Shown: piece by piece, positions 49,656-62,469 of the stretch
How the letters are laid out: each line of letters starts with the position of its first letter
Numbering within the stretch: the first letter of the stretch is position 1
DNA from: Antechinus flavipes
Taxonomy: Eukaryota
Reading direction: 5' to 3'
Assembly (NCBI RefSeq): GCF_016432865.1
Contig: NC_067398.1
Span: 712,752,001-712,816,000, forward strand
DNA length: 64,000 nucleotides
Position numbers and translations under genes: made by a program
The notes under the pieces: generated by a model
What the model was told of the DNA's origin: nothing
What the model saw: only the letters and a program-made list of their open reading frames with translations
Databases searched by the model: none

Positions 49656-50614
49656 CTGTCAGGAAAAGATAAAAGTGTGAGTTATGAAGATATACTAACA
49701 ACAAAATGGGGGTTCACACCCAGCTATGTGACCTGTCCTTTGGGCTCTCTTCAAAAAAGCTTACACAGGCCAACATCAGAGTCCCTTCTAATTCTAAAAT
49801 TGTGAACCTAGGAATCAAAAAAGAAAATAAGCAAACATTTAGTCATGAGGAGAAGCACTTTAAGGGCCGTTAGCCCCATGAAGGAACATGCTGCTGCAAA
49901 GCAGAAAAGCTCGCCTATATGCTAGGAAACAGGGAAGCTCTTCTTGGACCTTCCCCATATTAGAGGTGGCATTTTCAGCATCATTCCATTTGGATCATGA
50001 TTAAGGCAGCCATCAGTTAGCTCTCTTACACATGGACAGAAAAGGAACATGCACCCCTCCAGAGGCTGGCACTACCTAGAGATGGTACTCAAGAGGCTTC
50101 CTTGGGCATATCACCAGGAGGCAGGCTACCAACCCAAAACAGGAACTATAGAAGCTGAAGATTGGTGCCCCATGACTTTCCTAGACCCAGAGACTAAAGC
50201 TAAGGTGGCCTGAATAAGCATCGATTTGGGACGATCAGACTGGAAAAAAGGTGTCAAGGTTAGTCCCAACTTCCCTACTACCCAGAGGAGAGGAAGAAAA
50301 ATACTCATCAGTTAAATGAATTTATTTGTTTCACTCCAATTGCTAAAATTTCTACTAATTCCTATGTTAGAAATAACATCCTGAAGAGTGAATCACTAAT
50401 CCCAAGATGTGTGCAATAACTGGAAGCCTCTCCTCCACTCATCAAATATAGCTAAGTAGAGGATAGATTTGAACAGCAGAAACTAGACTGGAACCCCATG
50501 GCATCACTCTGAGATTGTAGAGGGCAGGGAGAGGACAACATCTGTCCTGAACACATCCTGGTCAGTCATCTGGGGCACATTTTAAATAGCTTCAAAGAAT
50601 CCTTCCAGCAGCTC

Positions 50615-51050
50615 CCTTTGTAGTGGCAAAGAATTGGAAAATGAGTAAATGCCCATCATTATGGTTTATGAAAGTAATGGAATATTATTTTCTATTAAAA
50701 AAAAGATGAACAAGCTGATTTTATAAAGGTCTGGAAAGATTTACATGAAGTGATGCTGAAGGAAACAAGCAGAATTAGACAAATGCCATATACAGCAAAG
50801 CAAGATGGTGCAATAATCTACTATGACAAGACTTGATTCTTCTTATCAGTTCAGGGATCCAAAGCAATCCCAATAAATTCTGGATGGAAAACGTCATTCA
50901 CATCCAGAGAGAGAACTATGGAGACGGAATGTTTTGATTTTTCTCTCCTAACATAATTTTGTGTGTGTGTAAATGAATGTACAAGAATAATCAAAATAAA
51001 AATTTTTACATGTAGCTGGGGAAAATAAAAATAAAATTTAAAAAAGAATT
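50615..51050 (+). mobile_element. Marsupial L1 3' end
   Basis: gtagtggcaaagaattggaaaatgagtaaatgcccatc...catgaagtgatgctga...acatccagagagagaactatggagac...aaaataaaaataaaa. Confidence 0.85.
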
Positions 51051-51269
51051 TTTCCCATTCTTCTAATCCAAAACAAAGATGCAATCATTTCTATCAACAC
51101 ATTTACCGAGAATATATTTTATAAATAGTCATAACTGCTATTATTTAAGGCTTGCAAAGCATTTGACTTCATTTGAAAGGGAAATACTATTTATTACAGG
51201 TATTTCTATATTTACTCTACTACTGACATAACATGCATAGTAAAAACAATAGCATTTAGAGAGATTTTT

Positions 51270-51470
51270 TAAAGTTTCCAAAGCACTTAGAAAAATTTCA
51301 TTTGATTCTCACGGCAATTCTGTAGGTGCTATTATCTTCATTTTACAGCTGAGGAAACTGAGGCAAACAGAGGTCACATGACTTGCTCAGGGTGCCCTGT
51401 TTCATTAAGTGTCTGAGGCTGGATTGGCACTCAGCTCTCCCCAATACACCACTATCCACTGTACTATCCA
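51270..51470 (-). mobile_element. Mar1/MIR-type CORE SINE
   Basis: ttttacagctgaggaaactgaggcaaacagagg...aagtgtctgaggctggatt. Confidence 0.7.
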
Positions 51471-52689
51471 GTCACTCTCTTTGGGAAAGAACTCTACAGT
51501 CAAAATTTCAGCCTAAATTTTGCCTCTGAACACCTGTAGATCTCAGACAGGTCCCCTCATTTCCTTGGGCATTAGCAACCTAGTCTGTAAAATAGAAACT
51601 GTCAGGCTCCAGGCCGCCTGAGATTCTTCTGAGCTCTAGATCCAAGAGCCTAACCTCTGGCCAAAGCACTTACTAATGTACCTAGGATGCCTATAAGTTA
51701 CTTCTGCCAGGCCAACAGGGTGAAACTGAAAAAAGAAACAAATGGGAAATAAGCCTTTAAAAGAAATCTCATCAACTAGAGAAGCATTTCAAGAGCTAAT
51801 TAAGCAGCAGGGGCACCTAATAATAACGGGTACATAGTTTACAAAAGTGTTTTCCTCTCAAGAGCCTTGAGGCAAATCTTAAAACAGCATTTGCACTCCC
51901 ATTTCACAGATGAAGACGTTGACACTGAGAAAGGAAGAGAGGTCACATCTAAGGGAAGCACAGAGTCTAGAACTCAAGCCTGGACTCTATTAAAAGTCTG
52001 GGAGCCACTATAGAGAGGCTCTAGTACTTCTTAGAGAATGGAAGTGAAAGGGTTCATCTGATTAGTCCAGAGCATACAAATTCTGAGCAAGAATCCTCAT
52101 GGCACCGTGCCCGACAAGTGGCCTCCAGAGCCACTCTTTGCCCTTTGGGACCGCTCATGCTCCCGGGATGGTTTTCCTAACACCAGGCCTCAACTTCCAG
52201 CTGCCACCTCTGGTTCTGCTTCGCAGCCAAGACGAGGAGGCCTGATATGCCCTTCCTGGACAGCCCTTCAACCCTTGAGGATGGCAATCCCATCATCCTC
52301 CCTGTTTCAGGACAGCCAAGATGCTTCGTTCTGCCAATTGGCTCTCATGTGGCATCAAGGCCTGAAGGCCTTCCTCTGTGCCTGCTATTCTCCCTTGGGC
52401 CCTCTCCCCTTATTAACATCTCCCCTCAAATATGTGGCCAGTTGGGGTGAAAACAGGTCAAAAGACAAAGCTCAGAGAGGCTCATCACAGGCTTACGTCA
52501 CTCCTGATATCTCCATTATTAGCAACAACCAACAAAGATACACAAGGCTTGCCCTGTCACACCCAGTCACCACATGCCACAAAACCAGCCAGGAATCAGC
52601 AACTGAAGCAAGCTCCCACTCCCCACACACATTCAGTTCAGGGTCTCCAGAGCACACCCTCCTTCTCTGCTGACACTGCCCTCAGGAGA

Positions 52690-53010
52690 CTGGCTCCCCT
52701 CTCTCTCCCTCTCCAGGCTGTCCTCCATTCAGCTATCTCCTGATGATCCCAAAACACAGATCTGACTACGGTCTCCCCTCCTCGATAAATGCCAATGGCT
52801 CCCTGGGCCCTCCAGGATCAAACATAAAATCTGTCTGGTATTCCAAGCCCTTGCACCATGGCCGCTTCCAGCCTTGTCCCAGGTACTCTGTGATCCAAAG
52901 ACAATCCTGCAATCCTGGCTTCCCTTGGCTTCCTCCCAGGCTCACCTCCAGCCTTTCCTTCAGCAGAAAGCCCTTCACCATGCTCCTGAGACTCTTTCTT
53001 ATTTGCCCGT
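52690..53010 (+). mobile_element. L2 fragment
   Basis: cccaaaacacagatctgact...ccaatggctccctggg...ggatcaaacataaaatc. Confidence 0.6.
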
Positions 53011-54099
53011 CCCCCCCCCCACCCCGTCCCCCACCCTCCCGCCTTTTACCTTTCTTTGTACCCCAGGTGATACATTCTTCTCTACATCTGACACTCTCAG
53101 ACCAATGCAATCCCTCCCTCAGAACTCGTGCCCCCATTATGTGATAACTGCCATATCTAAAGAGGGCTTTAATCAAAGTCTCCGGCACTTTACCTCTGTT
53201 CTCCTTGGGATTCATTCAGCTCTTTGAGGTTACAAGTATTATTTACTATCTCCTTGAGATAAGAAAACAGACTCAGGAAGTTCAATGACTTGCCCATAAT
53301 CACACAGCTAAATGTGAGAGGCAGGATTAGAAGTCAGGCATCCGTCCCTCCCCTCCCAGCCCATTTGTTTTAACTGTGACACGTTGTTGCTTTGCAGCAT
53401 GCTGAGGGGGACACAGAAGGAGAAAGATCTCTTTCCTCAGAGTTTGAAGCCAAGGGGAAGAAACCACCTTAAGAGCTTTAAAGAGAAGTAAATGTACAAG
53501 ACAATTAACTGTGGATCCCCACCCAATGAAGGCTCTGGACAGTCAGCCTTAATCCTTAAAAACACTGATGCATGGGAGATATTTTTCTCCCAATGTTTAC
53601 TCTGAGCATCATTATGCCAAACCTATTAATGCTCTAAACTTATGGGGAACAATGAAAACATCCCGTGATATATGAGGGGGGAGCTGCAGGGCACCCAGCA
53701 CCAGTTTGCACACTGCATGTCATGTCTCAATGTCACATCTTTCAAGGAGAGAATATGCTCACAAGACCCTGGGCAGGGGGCTGTGTCAAGGAATCCAACC
53801 CTGTGGCTTAGAGATATAAAGAAAAGAAATGGAAGTCTGTCAGTTAATGGAATGTTTCTCAAAAGAGAAGAGGAGGAAGTCAATGAAAATCCCCTTCCCC
53901 ACTATGCCTTGCTACAATCTCCTCTAAGGATTTTCACTGTTTATTTCATTTACAGTAACAGAATAAAGTGGAACAGGTCTTTCAAACTCTTCTGATTTAA
54001 GCCTAACATAAAGCAATTTTAAACAGCACAGAAACCAACAAAACCACTACATTTGTGTTTCCAATCCTCATCTGAGTATGCAGGGCTGTAGATAGGGCT

Positions 54100-54220
54100 C
54101 AAGAATAGAGTTAGAAAATCCAGATTCAAAACCCTATTCTGTTTAATGCTGAGTATTTTCAGGCAAGCCACTTCCTGTCTTTGAGCCTCAGTTTCCTCAT
54201 CTGTAAAATGGGGGTGGGAG
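54100..54220 (+). mobile_element. MIR fragment
   Basis: caggcaagccacttcctgtctttgagcctcagtttcctcatctgtaaaatggggg. Confidence 0.75.
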
Positions 54221-54705
54221 GTTATACCCCTTGGCTCAGGGCGAGGTTAACGCTAGCTTTAAATTCATGTTAATCCTATGAAGAATCAGTACATGGCAAA
54301 TAGGTACTGAAAAGATACCTTTAAAAGCACTTTGACACTTCAGTGCCGTGGAGATCAAAGCAATCTTTCCTCTAAGACATTTTTTTCCCTTACAAAGGAT
54401 AGCAAATTTTGCTTTCATCCTCATTCTCAAAGAGAAACAAAATTGGTAAAAATGCTCCCAAACAAAATGCGGGCCTTCTCTTTTTTAGACTGCTCTACCC
54501 TGGGCACGTTGTATCTTGCCCCAAATGGGCATTTATACCTTTTTAGTGTTTTAGTCTGTGAACATAGTACCTGTGAGACAGAAATCATCACTCTAGTTTC
54601 AATGGGAGTCAACATATTACTCTCTGGGCTACCTGGCCTTCTCCAGCCTCACTGTGGTGTGGCCAGCCTGGTCTCATTCCATGTGGACGGATACCAGTCG
54701 ATTTA

Positions 54706-54853
54706 NNNNNNNNNNNNNNNNNNNNNNNNNNNNNNNNNNNNNNNNNNNNNNNNNNNNNNNNNNNNNNNNNNNNNNNNNNNNNNNNNNNNNNNNNNNNNNN
54801 NNNNNNNNNNNNNNNNNNNNNNNNNNNNNNNNNNNNNNNNNNNNNNNNNNNNN
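54706..54853. other. Assembly gap (148 N)
   Basis: Run of N. Confidence 1.
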
Positions 54854-55669
54854 GGATCCCATGGGGAAAGGAGCGGATCTGATGAAGAGGAGCCCTTGGC
54901 TCCTGGTTTATTGTGCTTGCCACCAGCTGTAGACTTCTCATCTCATTAGTTCTTTTAGAATACTGTGGGGGAAGACAGCTGTAGCCGACTTGCTCCTGGG
55001 TATTCTGAAGGCTGAATTTGCTATGCACTTTCTGTAATCCTTGGGAAAAAAAGGAAAGCAAATTCACTTGGCCAAGGAAATGTATTTTTAAATGCATTTT
55101 CAAATTATGTTTAGAAGCAGAGATCGCTAAGGTGCATTGTGTTTAAATTTTTTTATGATCAAATGTTAATTATATGCTGCCCCAAAGGACTGGCTGGGCA
55201 GGGGGCAGAAGGGCCAGAGGAAGCTTTGTAAAGCCCGTCTTATAAGATTAGGTGTCATTTCCCAATTATTCCTTCATTTCTACTCATAATAGAGCCCCAA
55301 ACATTAAAAAACAAAAATGAGAGACACTGGCAAATTCTGATTAATGCTAATACAACTTTTCTTAACTGAAAAGAGCTATTTATTTGCAAGTGAAAGCTAA
55401 GGTTTCCTTTTGAGACCTAATCAAATGGAATAAATAACAAATAAATGGGAACACTTCAATGAAAGACATTCATTAAAATCTCATAAATGTTCTGGGCTGA
55501 GATGTGGAGGTTCTACGACCTTTGGGCATGCATTTATTCCTTCATCACTGTACCCCTTGGAAGAAGACGAACTACAAAGAATAGCAGCTCTAAGACGGCC
55601 ATCCCCCAATGGTAAGGTCCAAAATCAAGTTTGGATTTTGTTTGGACATACCAGATGTGTCAGTCAGTA

Positions 55670-56520
55670 GACAAGGTCTTACTTTACCACATGCCAGATA
55701 TTGTACAAAGGGCAAATCACTGAGACAAAAGCAAGAACATGGTCTCTGCCCTTAAGAAGCTCATGTTCTAATGGAGGACACAATAAGCCCCAATTATACA
55801 CAGACAAGATATATGTCATGAGAGGGAAGGGGGGAAGAAGCACCCCAAGAGGCCTAGAGCAGAAAGTAGGCTCCAAATGACAGAAGCCGGGAAGATCAGG
55901 AGGCAGATGAGGAAGAACAGTCCAGCCCTGGGCTCATAGAAAAAACAAAGAGTGTCTCTAGGGAAGAACACCCAGAAGTCCAGGACAAATGAGGCTCTTT
56001 ATAATCTTCCAGTTTACTGGATGCATGTACAAATGTGTTTCTGAGAAGGGAGCAGGTCTTCATTGGACTCCAAAAGCACAAAGAGTGTGTAGAAGATGCT
56101 AAAGTGTGAAAGCACTACAAAGGCAAGAAGGAGGTGGGTTGGGAAAGACTTTAAATGTTCAATGGAAGATTTCATATCCGATCCCAGGGTTTACTGAAGG
56201 GAACCAAGGAAATGACTTGCTCAGACCTACATTTTAGGAAAATTATTTTTGGGGTATGAGCAGAACATATGGTGATTGAGGAGACTAAGGGTGGCATTGA
56301 GGCAGAAAATCTGAACAACAGATTTTGGGAAGAAATAAGAATACTGTTTTAGAGATGGTGACTAAGTCATCTATAGAAGATTTCCTCCCAGACATCTAGA
56401 AGGCAGCTAGAAGCTTATGAAATGAATCTGGAAGTCAGCATACTAAGTGCCAGGCTCTGTGCTAAGTAGCAAAGAGACTGAAGTAAGTCACTGATCTGGG
56501 AATCATCTGCCATCTTGATG
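55670..56520 (-). mobile_element. L2 fragments
   Basis: ggtctctgcccttaagaagctcatgttctaatggagg; gactttaaatgttcaatggaagatttcata; actaagtgccaggctctgtgctaag. Confidence 0.55.
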
Positions 56521-56668
56521 AAACATCTCAGAAAAATCAGTAAGACATCCACATCCCAGGCATCTAAGACTGAGTCAGATAAGTTGCAATCAACAACACA
56601 GGGGCCAGAAGTTCCCTGACTGACTTTGAAACAGGAATGTTTTCCTCTTTTAGTCTCTCGCAGTTTCG

Positions 56669-56687
56669 TGGACTACAGGGGGCACTG
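56669..56687 (+). promoter_or_regulatory. CTCF-like motif TGGACTACAGGGGGCACTG
   Basis: 16 of 19 positions match TGGCCACCAGGGGGCACTG. Motif match only. Confidence 0.35.
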
Positions 56688-56927
56688 AGACATACCAGGG
56701 GAACTGTCCAACAAAGTGCAGCTAATTAAGAGTGTGCTGGACCTTTGAATGTTAAATGACAGTGCTAATTCAGCTGAGCTAATAATTTTCTCTCCACATA
56801 TTTTGTCACTTTATATTCCTATCAGAATTAGCCCAATAGTTCAAGATCAACCTTATACAATTAGATATTGTAGGAGATAAAAGCAGAAACACCTAAAAAA
56901 AATCGTGTTAAAATCAAATTACAACAG

Positions 56928-56960
56928 TCTCTCTCTCTCTCCCTCCCTCTCCCACTCACA

Positions 56961-57010
<50 letters not shown>
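56928..57010. repeat. (CT)n imperfect microsatellite
   Basis: Direct reading. Confidence 0.95.
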
Positions 57011-57011
<1 letters not shown>

Positions 57012-58107
57012 AACGAACAAGGAGCTGATGTTGTTGCAAGTGCTAAAGAAAAAGAAACAAGCACAAAGAGGGGACCAGAACAGGGAGGTGGCTGCCAATG
57101 CCTGCCTTTATCCATCCCCATGGCAGGGAGCTTGTTTATTCTATGTGGCTAGTGAAGGACAGAAACATGGCCTGTGCACAAATAACTGCCCTGATTTTCT
57201 GATGAGATGGTGAGACACAAAATACACATGTGGATAATCATTCTACACTATAACTGTCAGTCTTAATCAATGAACCATTTCCAGAGGGGAAAAAAAAAAG
57301 ATCTAAAAAAGGTTCCAATGAAGCATTAGGTATCTTTATCATATTAAAATAAAGTCCATTTCCTCTAGATAATTTTGTTTCATATTATAAAACATATATC
57401 TTACAATTAAATTAGAACATGCCTGAAGCACTAGTTATGTTCTGCTGTGGCTAGATTTTATTTAACATTAAAAATCCTGTATATCATTGAATATTAGCAA
57501 GCTAAGTAATCAGCTGTGACATTCTCAGGCAACTTTTCCATTAAATACTTCAAAACAGAACAGGTCAAAGACTCCTCCCCATCAGCATGTACAAGTGACC
57601 TTCCAATCATCAAAGTTAACACTCCAGTTCCTTCCGAGAGGGAACTTCTTCTGAAACACACTGAGTGAATTTTCTTTCTCTATTACAATGAAAGCTACCA
57701 GAAATATTTAATGGGAAAGTAAATGAAAAATTGAGCATCTTTTTTTATAACAGGATATAAATTCAACAAACAAACAGTATATGAGATCATCTCTACTAGA
57801 GTGAAACTTCAAAGTGATTAGAGAGTCTTGGTACCCTTCTACAAGGTGGGAGCTCTGTTGGGCTTTCAGAAGTTACTCTTAAAATGGAGTTACCCTACAG
57901 GAAACTTGTACTTTTTAAAAGAGACAAGATGTTCAAAATCTACTAAGGCATTGCAAGTGCTATTTTTAAAAAATCCCATCCTGTACTGTACTTGGCTGGA
58001 AAGAAGATTATTTTTCAAGAGGAAATCTTCATGCAGGCACTTTTTAAACTAATTTGGTTTTAGAAAAGGGAATGTAAAAATAAGAACCAAGCCATACCTT
58101 CTTCTAA

Positions 58108-58109
<2 letters not shown>

Positions 58110-58152
<43 letters not shown>
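58110..58152. repeat. (GT)n microsatellite
   Basis: Direct reading. Confidence 0.97.
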
Positions 58153-58153
<1 letters not shown>

Positions 58154-58767
58154 TTACAAGTAAAATCATGAAAACATTAACTTATTCCAACTACTATAAG
58201 CCAACTGTGCTCTCAAATATAAAAAGACATCAGAGTAAAGCTCATACACTTTAAGTCTGCAAATCCCTTGAGAAAGCCTTTCTTCCTTTAATGCTCCCAA
58301 CAATGATATGACATAAACAGGCCTTACTCCCATTCAGAGGAGGAGGATGGTTTGAAGACTCAGGGATGAAATAAACATGTCGACACTCCAAGGCCAGCAA
58401 AGGAAAGGACCAGACCGAGGAAAGGGCTTAGAAAAGTGAAGGAAACAGGTTTTCTTGGGGTTGGCCTGGAGGGAGATCCACAGTGGGAAATGAGGCAGTG
58501 ACCTGGGAAGGTGGACATATTAAACTCCAGCCCTGGCTTCCAGAACACACATTGAGAGAGCACCTTTCAACATCTGCCAAGTGTTTTGCACGTGGTATCA
58601 CATTAGCTTCTCACAAATATGCTGGGAAGCTTTACCACTAACTGCTTGAAGACCCAAGGGCTCCTTCTCTGGGCCTCAGCCTTTTCTTCTATAAGGTGGC
58701 ACATTAGTCTGGCTGTTGCTAACCAGGTAATTCAGAAATTGTGACTACAGTGCATGTTAAAAGTCTA

Positions 58768-58940
58768 TTGTATGTTTAGAAGTATTGCACATGTTTAACC
58801 TATATTGGATTACTTGCTGTCTAGAGGAGGGAGGAAGTAAAGATGAAGAGAGAAAAATTTGGAACACAAAGTTTTGCAAGGGTGAATACTGAAAATAACC
58901 TTTGTATTTGGAAAAATAAAAGGCTATTTTATACTATTTT
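58768..58940 (+). mobile_element. Severely 5'-truncated L1 3' end with degenerate TSD
   Basis: ttgcacatgtttaacctatattggattacttgctgtctag...ggaacacaaagttttgcaagggtgaat, flanked by ttaaaagtcta (58757) and ttaaaagccta (58941). Confidence 0.85.
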
Positions 58941-59328
58941 TTAAAAGCCTACTGTGAGTAGAGGAAGCCACGACTCTGCAGTCTGCCCACTAGTGCAGTC
59001 TTCTCACCAGCTACCCAGCCACCCACTGTACCACTGGCTCTCCACACATGCAAACTTACAGTTTGCACCTTGCACGAAAGTTCCAAGTGAGTTCACAACT
59101 TCAATCTTCTGAATGAGGAAAGTCACAGGCTCAAGATGGCCATGAAGAGATCAATTACTACAGAAATGCAAAGTGCTACCTCTTGGTCTCATTTGTCTGA
59201 AGCAGGAAACCAGGCCCTGAAACACTACCTAAAAATCAAATATAATTTCATGGTTGCCTTTAGTTAATCATTTGTAAAGTAAGAAACCCTTTTTTCTGCT
59301 ATCGTGAAAAATTCCAGATCTTTATGTT

Positions 59329-59500
59329 TTGGGTTTGTTTGTTTTGTTTTGTTTTGTTTTGTTTTGCTGAGGCATTTGGGGTTAAGTGACTTGCCCAGGA
59401 TCACAAAGCTAGGAAGTATTAAATGTCTGAGGCCAGATTTGAGCTCAGGTCCTCCTGACTTCAGACCAGCACTCTATCCACTGTGCCATCTAGCTGCCCC
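59329..59500 (-). mobile_element. WSINE1, full length, (CAAAA)n tail
   Basis: Reverse of ggggcagctagatggcacagtggatagag...cctcagc, with tttatgtt on both flanks. Confidence 0.92.
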
Positions 59501-60705
59501 TTTTATGTTCTTTTTTAATTTAATTTGTTAATTTGTTAAAATTTGTTAAAAGCAAGAATTAAGTGTCCCTAAAGGAATTAGGGATGGAAATATCACACCA
59601 GTATTACATAAAGGTTATCTAAAGTTTCCTCCACATTACAACTAGGGGTGAAGACAGCTGCCAATTGCTCTGGGTACTCTATAATGAACTTTCAAACTCC
59701 AAATACCTGGGGGGAAGAGGGGAAAGAAATGGGCAATCCTCTTTTTCCCTTTTATTTACATACTGTAAAAAAGCATGTTAAAAACAAAATCCTATACTTC
59801 TAGTAGTCACTCTATAATGCAATACACAGCTTCAATAACCCAATGGAAAATGTGTATGTGCACATGATGTAATGCTTACTAGTGACAGCATCTGAAACCA
59901 AGAAAACAAACCCTGGCTCCTACTCCCAGTGGGCTTCGTAGGCAAGAGCTGAGCACGGCTCATGGGATTTCTAGCTTGGCCAGATTTGGGTCTTTCCATT
60001 TGCAAAGTTCACTCATCTATTTAAAATTAAGACTACCAACAAGTGCTTACTCAGGAATTGCCATTATTCACAAAGGAGAGTGGTCAATGAAAATCTCTAC
60101 ACAAAACCAACCAGAATTTGACTAACCTGAAAATAATAGTTTCATTGGATGATTCAGCCATCTCTCACAAAAGATTACATATTTCATATTTTATACTGAT
60201 AGTAAAAGGAAAAATGGCTAAGACAAAACAATTCTGATGAGGCCCTGGACAATGACTGCTTAAACACATTATTTACTTAAATATTTTTAAATATTGTTAT
60301 TATATATATTATATATATATACAATTATATATTAAGTAAATACAAATATTTACTTAAAAGGAAACAGTTACTGAATAAAGTTTGTTATTTGTACTGATTC
60401 TTGGTGTTCAATTTTTAAGTTGTAAGAATAAGTTTCTGGTAAAGATGGTTCAGAAAAAAGATACTCCCCGAAGCAGGTATTCTTTTTGTACCCCCTTCCT
60501 CCAACATTTGCAACAAACTTGAAAAAGACAGCTAACTATTAGCTAAATCAACTGGTGATGATTTTCTCCTAATTCTACGTCAGTATTAATCATGAAGTTT
60601 AGTGAACTCCAGTGAGGTACTGTACATAAACATCCGGGGAATTTTATGAAGAGGAAAAAATCCATTTGAAAAGGGGCTCGGGCTGAAGCAAACAACTCCA
60701 TGCTT

Positions 60706-60724
60706 TTCCCACCAGAGGGCACTG
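60706..60724 (+). promoter_or_regulatory. CTCF core motif CCACCAGAGGGCAC
   Basis: 60709-60722 fits CCASYAGRKGGCRS exactly and lies in non-repetitive sequence. Confidence 0.55.
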
Positions 60725-60961
60725 TCAAACATCCTCAGGGCAGATCAGGCAAATACATGTCTATCTACCGCTGACAATGATAGAAGCCATAAATCAATGA
60801 TATTAATCAAATATCATGGGAGTTTTCAAATTTCTTTTTAAAGGAAAATCAAGTTGATCACTCTTCTAGAAAAGTAAACCATTAACTGGTATCAGAAAAG
60901 GACAACAAAGGCCCTTATAGAGTTGACCGGAGTCAAGATAAGTCTGGCAATTAAATGATTT

Positions 60962-61015
60962 TTTTTTTTTTTTGCTGAGGCAATTGAGCTTAAGTGACTT
61001 ACCCAGAGTCATACA
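60962..61015 (-). mobile_element. 5'-truncated WSINE1 3' stub with poly(A) and 15-bp TSD
   Basis: T-run followed by gctgaggcaattgagcttaagtgacttacccagagtcataca; gcaattaaatgattt (60947) and gcaattaaataattt (61016). Confidence 0.8.
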
Positions 61016-61534
61016 GCAATTAAATAATTTAATTAAATTATTTTTAAATTTAATTTAAAAATTAAATAATTTTTAACAAAAAAAAATCCTCTGCAATTTT
61101 ATTTTCTTAAATGAGATAACATATGTAAAATACTTTGTATCCCTTAAAGTGCTACATAAATGCTGGATTTTTATTTTCAATATTAAAATTGTAAAAGTAT
61201 ATGGTTTAGGAGTCACAAGTTGTCATCAACTTTGAAAAATAAATTTTTCTGAACTTACCTGTGAACATACATATCACAAGGTTTTAGGGTATTCTAAAAG
61301 AAATCTCAGCAACAAAAGAAAAAGTGTCGGTCGCTATGATCCCAATCATAGAAAGACAAAAGTCCTACTCTGAGCTCAAAGTACCCAGAGTTCACTGCAA
61401 AGGAGCATAAAATAAATCAAGAAATCAAAGGGGTCATAGATAAAAACCTAAAATTTTGAACCAAAACCACACCAGTGGCTAAAGACCAGAAGCAAGAGTT
61501 AGGGCCTGTAACCTGGGCCAAAGCCTATCATTTG

Positions 61535-61750
61535 GTGCTGTTTTTTGGTCATTTCAGTTTTCTTGGCAAAAACACTGGAATGATTTGCCATTTCCTTCTC
61601 CAGTTCTTTTGACAGATGAGGAAACTGAGGCAAAGAGGTCACTAAAAATATTTTAGTGACTGGCCAAGGATCAAACACCTACTAACTTGAACTAGTCTTC
61701 TTGATACCAGAGCTGACACTGGTATTCACAAAGCCACCAAGTTGCCCTTC
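61535..61750 (-). mobile_element. Mar1-type SINE
   Basis: ttttcttggcaaaaacactggaatgatttgccatttccttctccag...cagatgaggaaactgaggcaaa. Confidence 0.8.
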
Positions 61751-62469
61751 CAATACCATTTGTGTTTCTTCCATTTAGGCCTTGGAATCTCAAGGGGGAA
61801 AAGCCACTAATAGCTACATCAAAAGTTGCTGTTTACAAAGTTCTCAATGTTTTCCAAATGAAGGAGTAAGGCCTATGTTGCCAATGACTCTTCCATCTCA
61901 AAATCAAGTCCATGACATTCTGGGGCATTCTACAAGCCTTGGAAAGCAAATCTGGTTTCAATTTCTTGGGGTTTTTGCTGTTCTCATTTTCTTTCAAATT
62001 AGTTTTCCCCAATGGCAGGTTCTCTGATCAGATTGGGTGGACACTCCTGCCCGCACTTTAAAGACTCTCCCTCTCCTGGGAAGTGATTTTTGTATACAAA
62101 CCATGTAAAGCTACTTAGACAAAGTGCTGGGGATGATTAAAAGGGCCAGGTTCAAATATATACTTTTAAAAAAGCAGAAGCATATGGCAAAAGAACTGTT
62201 TGTGTACATTCTGGAAATGAGTTGGAGGTTAGGCATGTGCTTTTCATCAGAACCTCTAAAGATCTCCCAATTTTCTATTTTGGTTACATATCAATTACAA
62301 CTTTTGAAATGAAAATCTTACAAAACTTCACATTCTGGCATGGAATGCTGTCAACCTTGAATCAAATTCTATTTTCATCTAAGCAAAAACCTTAGATATT
62401 CTTGCATTTGACATAAAACTACTTGGTCAGTTGCAAATGATGCTAAGGTCTGTGGAAATAAAACAGCCT

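Noticed and set aside
54332-55103. 205-aa and 164-aa ORFs
   Set aside because: Their length depends on reading through the N gap.
59060-59108. 49-nt exon-like unit (tttcctcattcag ... ACT|gtaagt)
   Set aside because: Weaker sites than 61259-61293. It is recorded to show that pseudo-exons are frequent here, which lowers confidence in all cryptic-exon calls.
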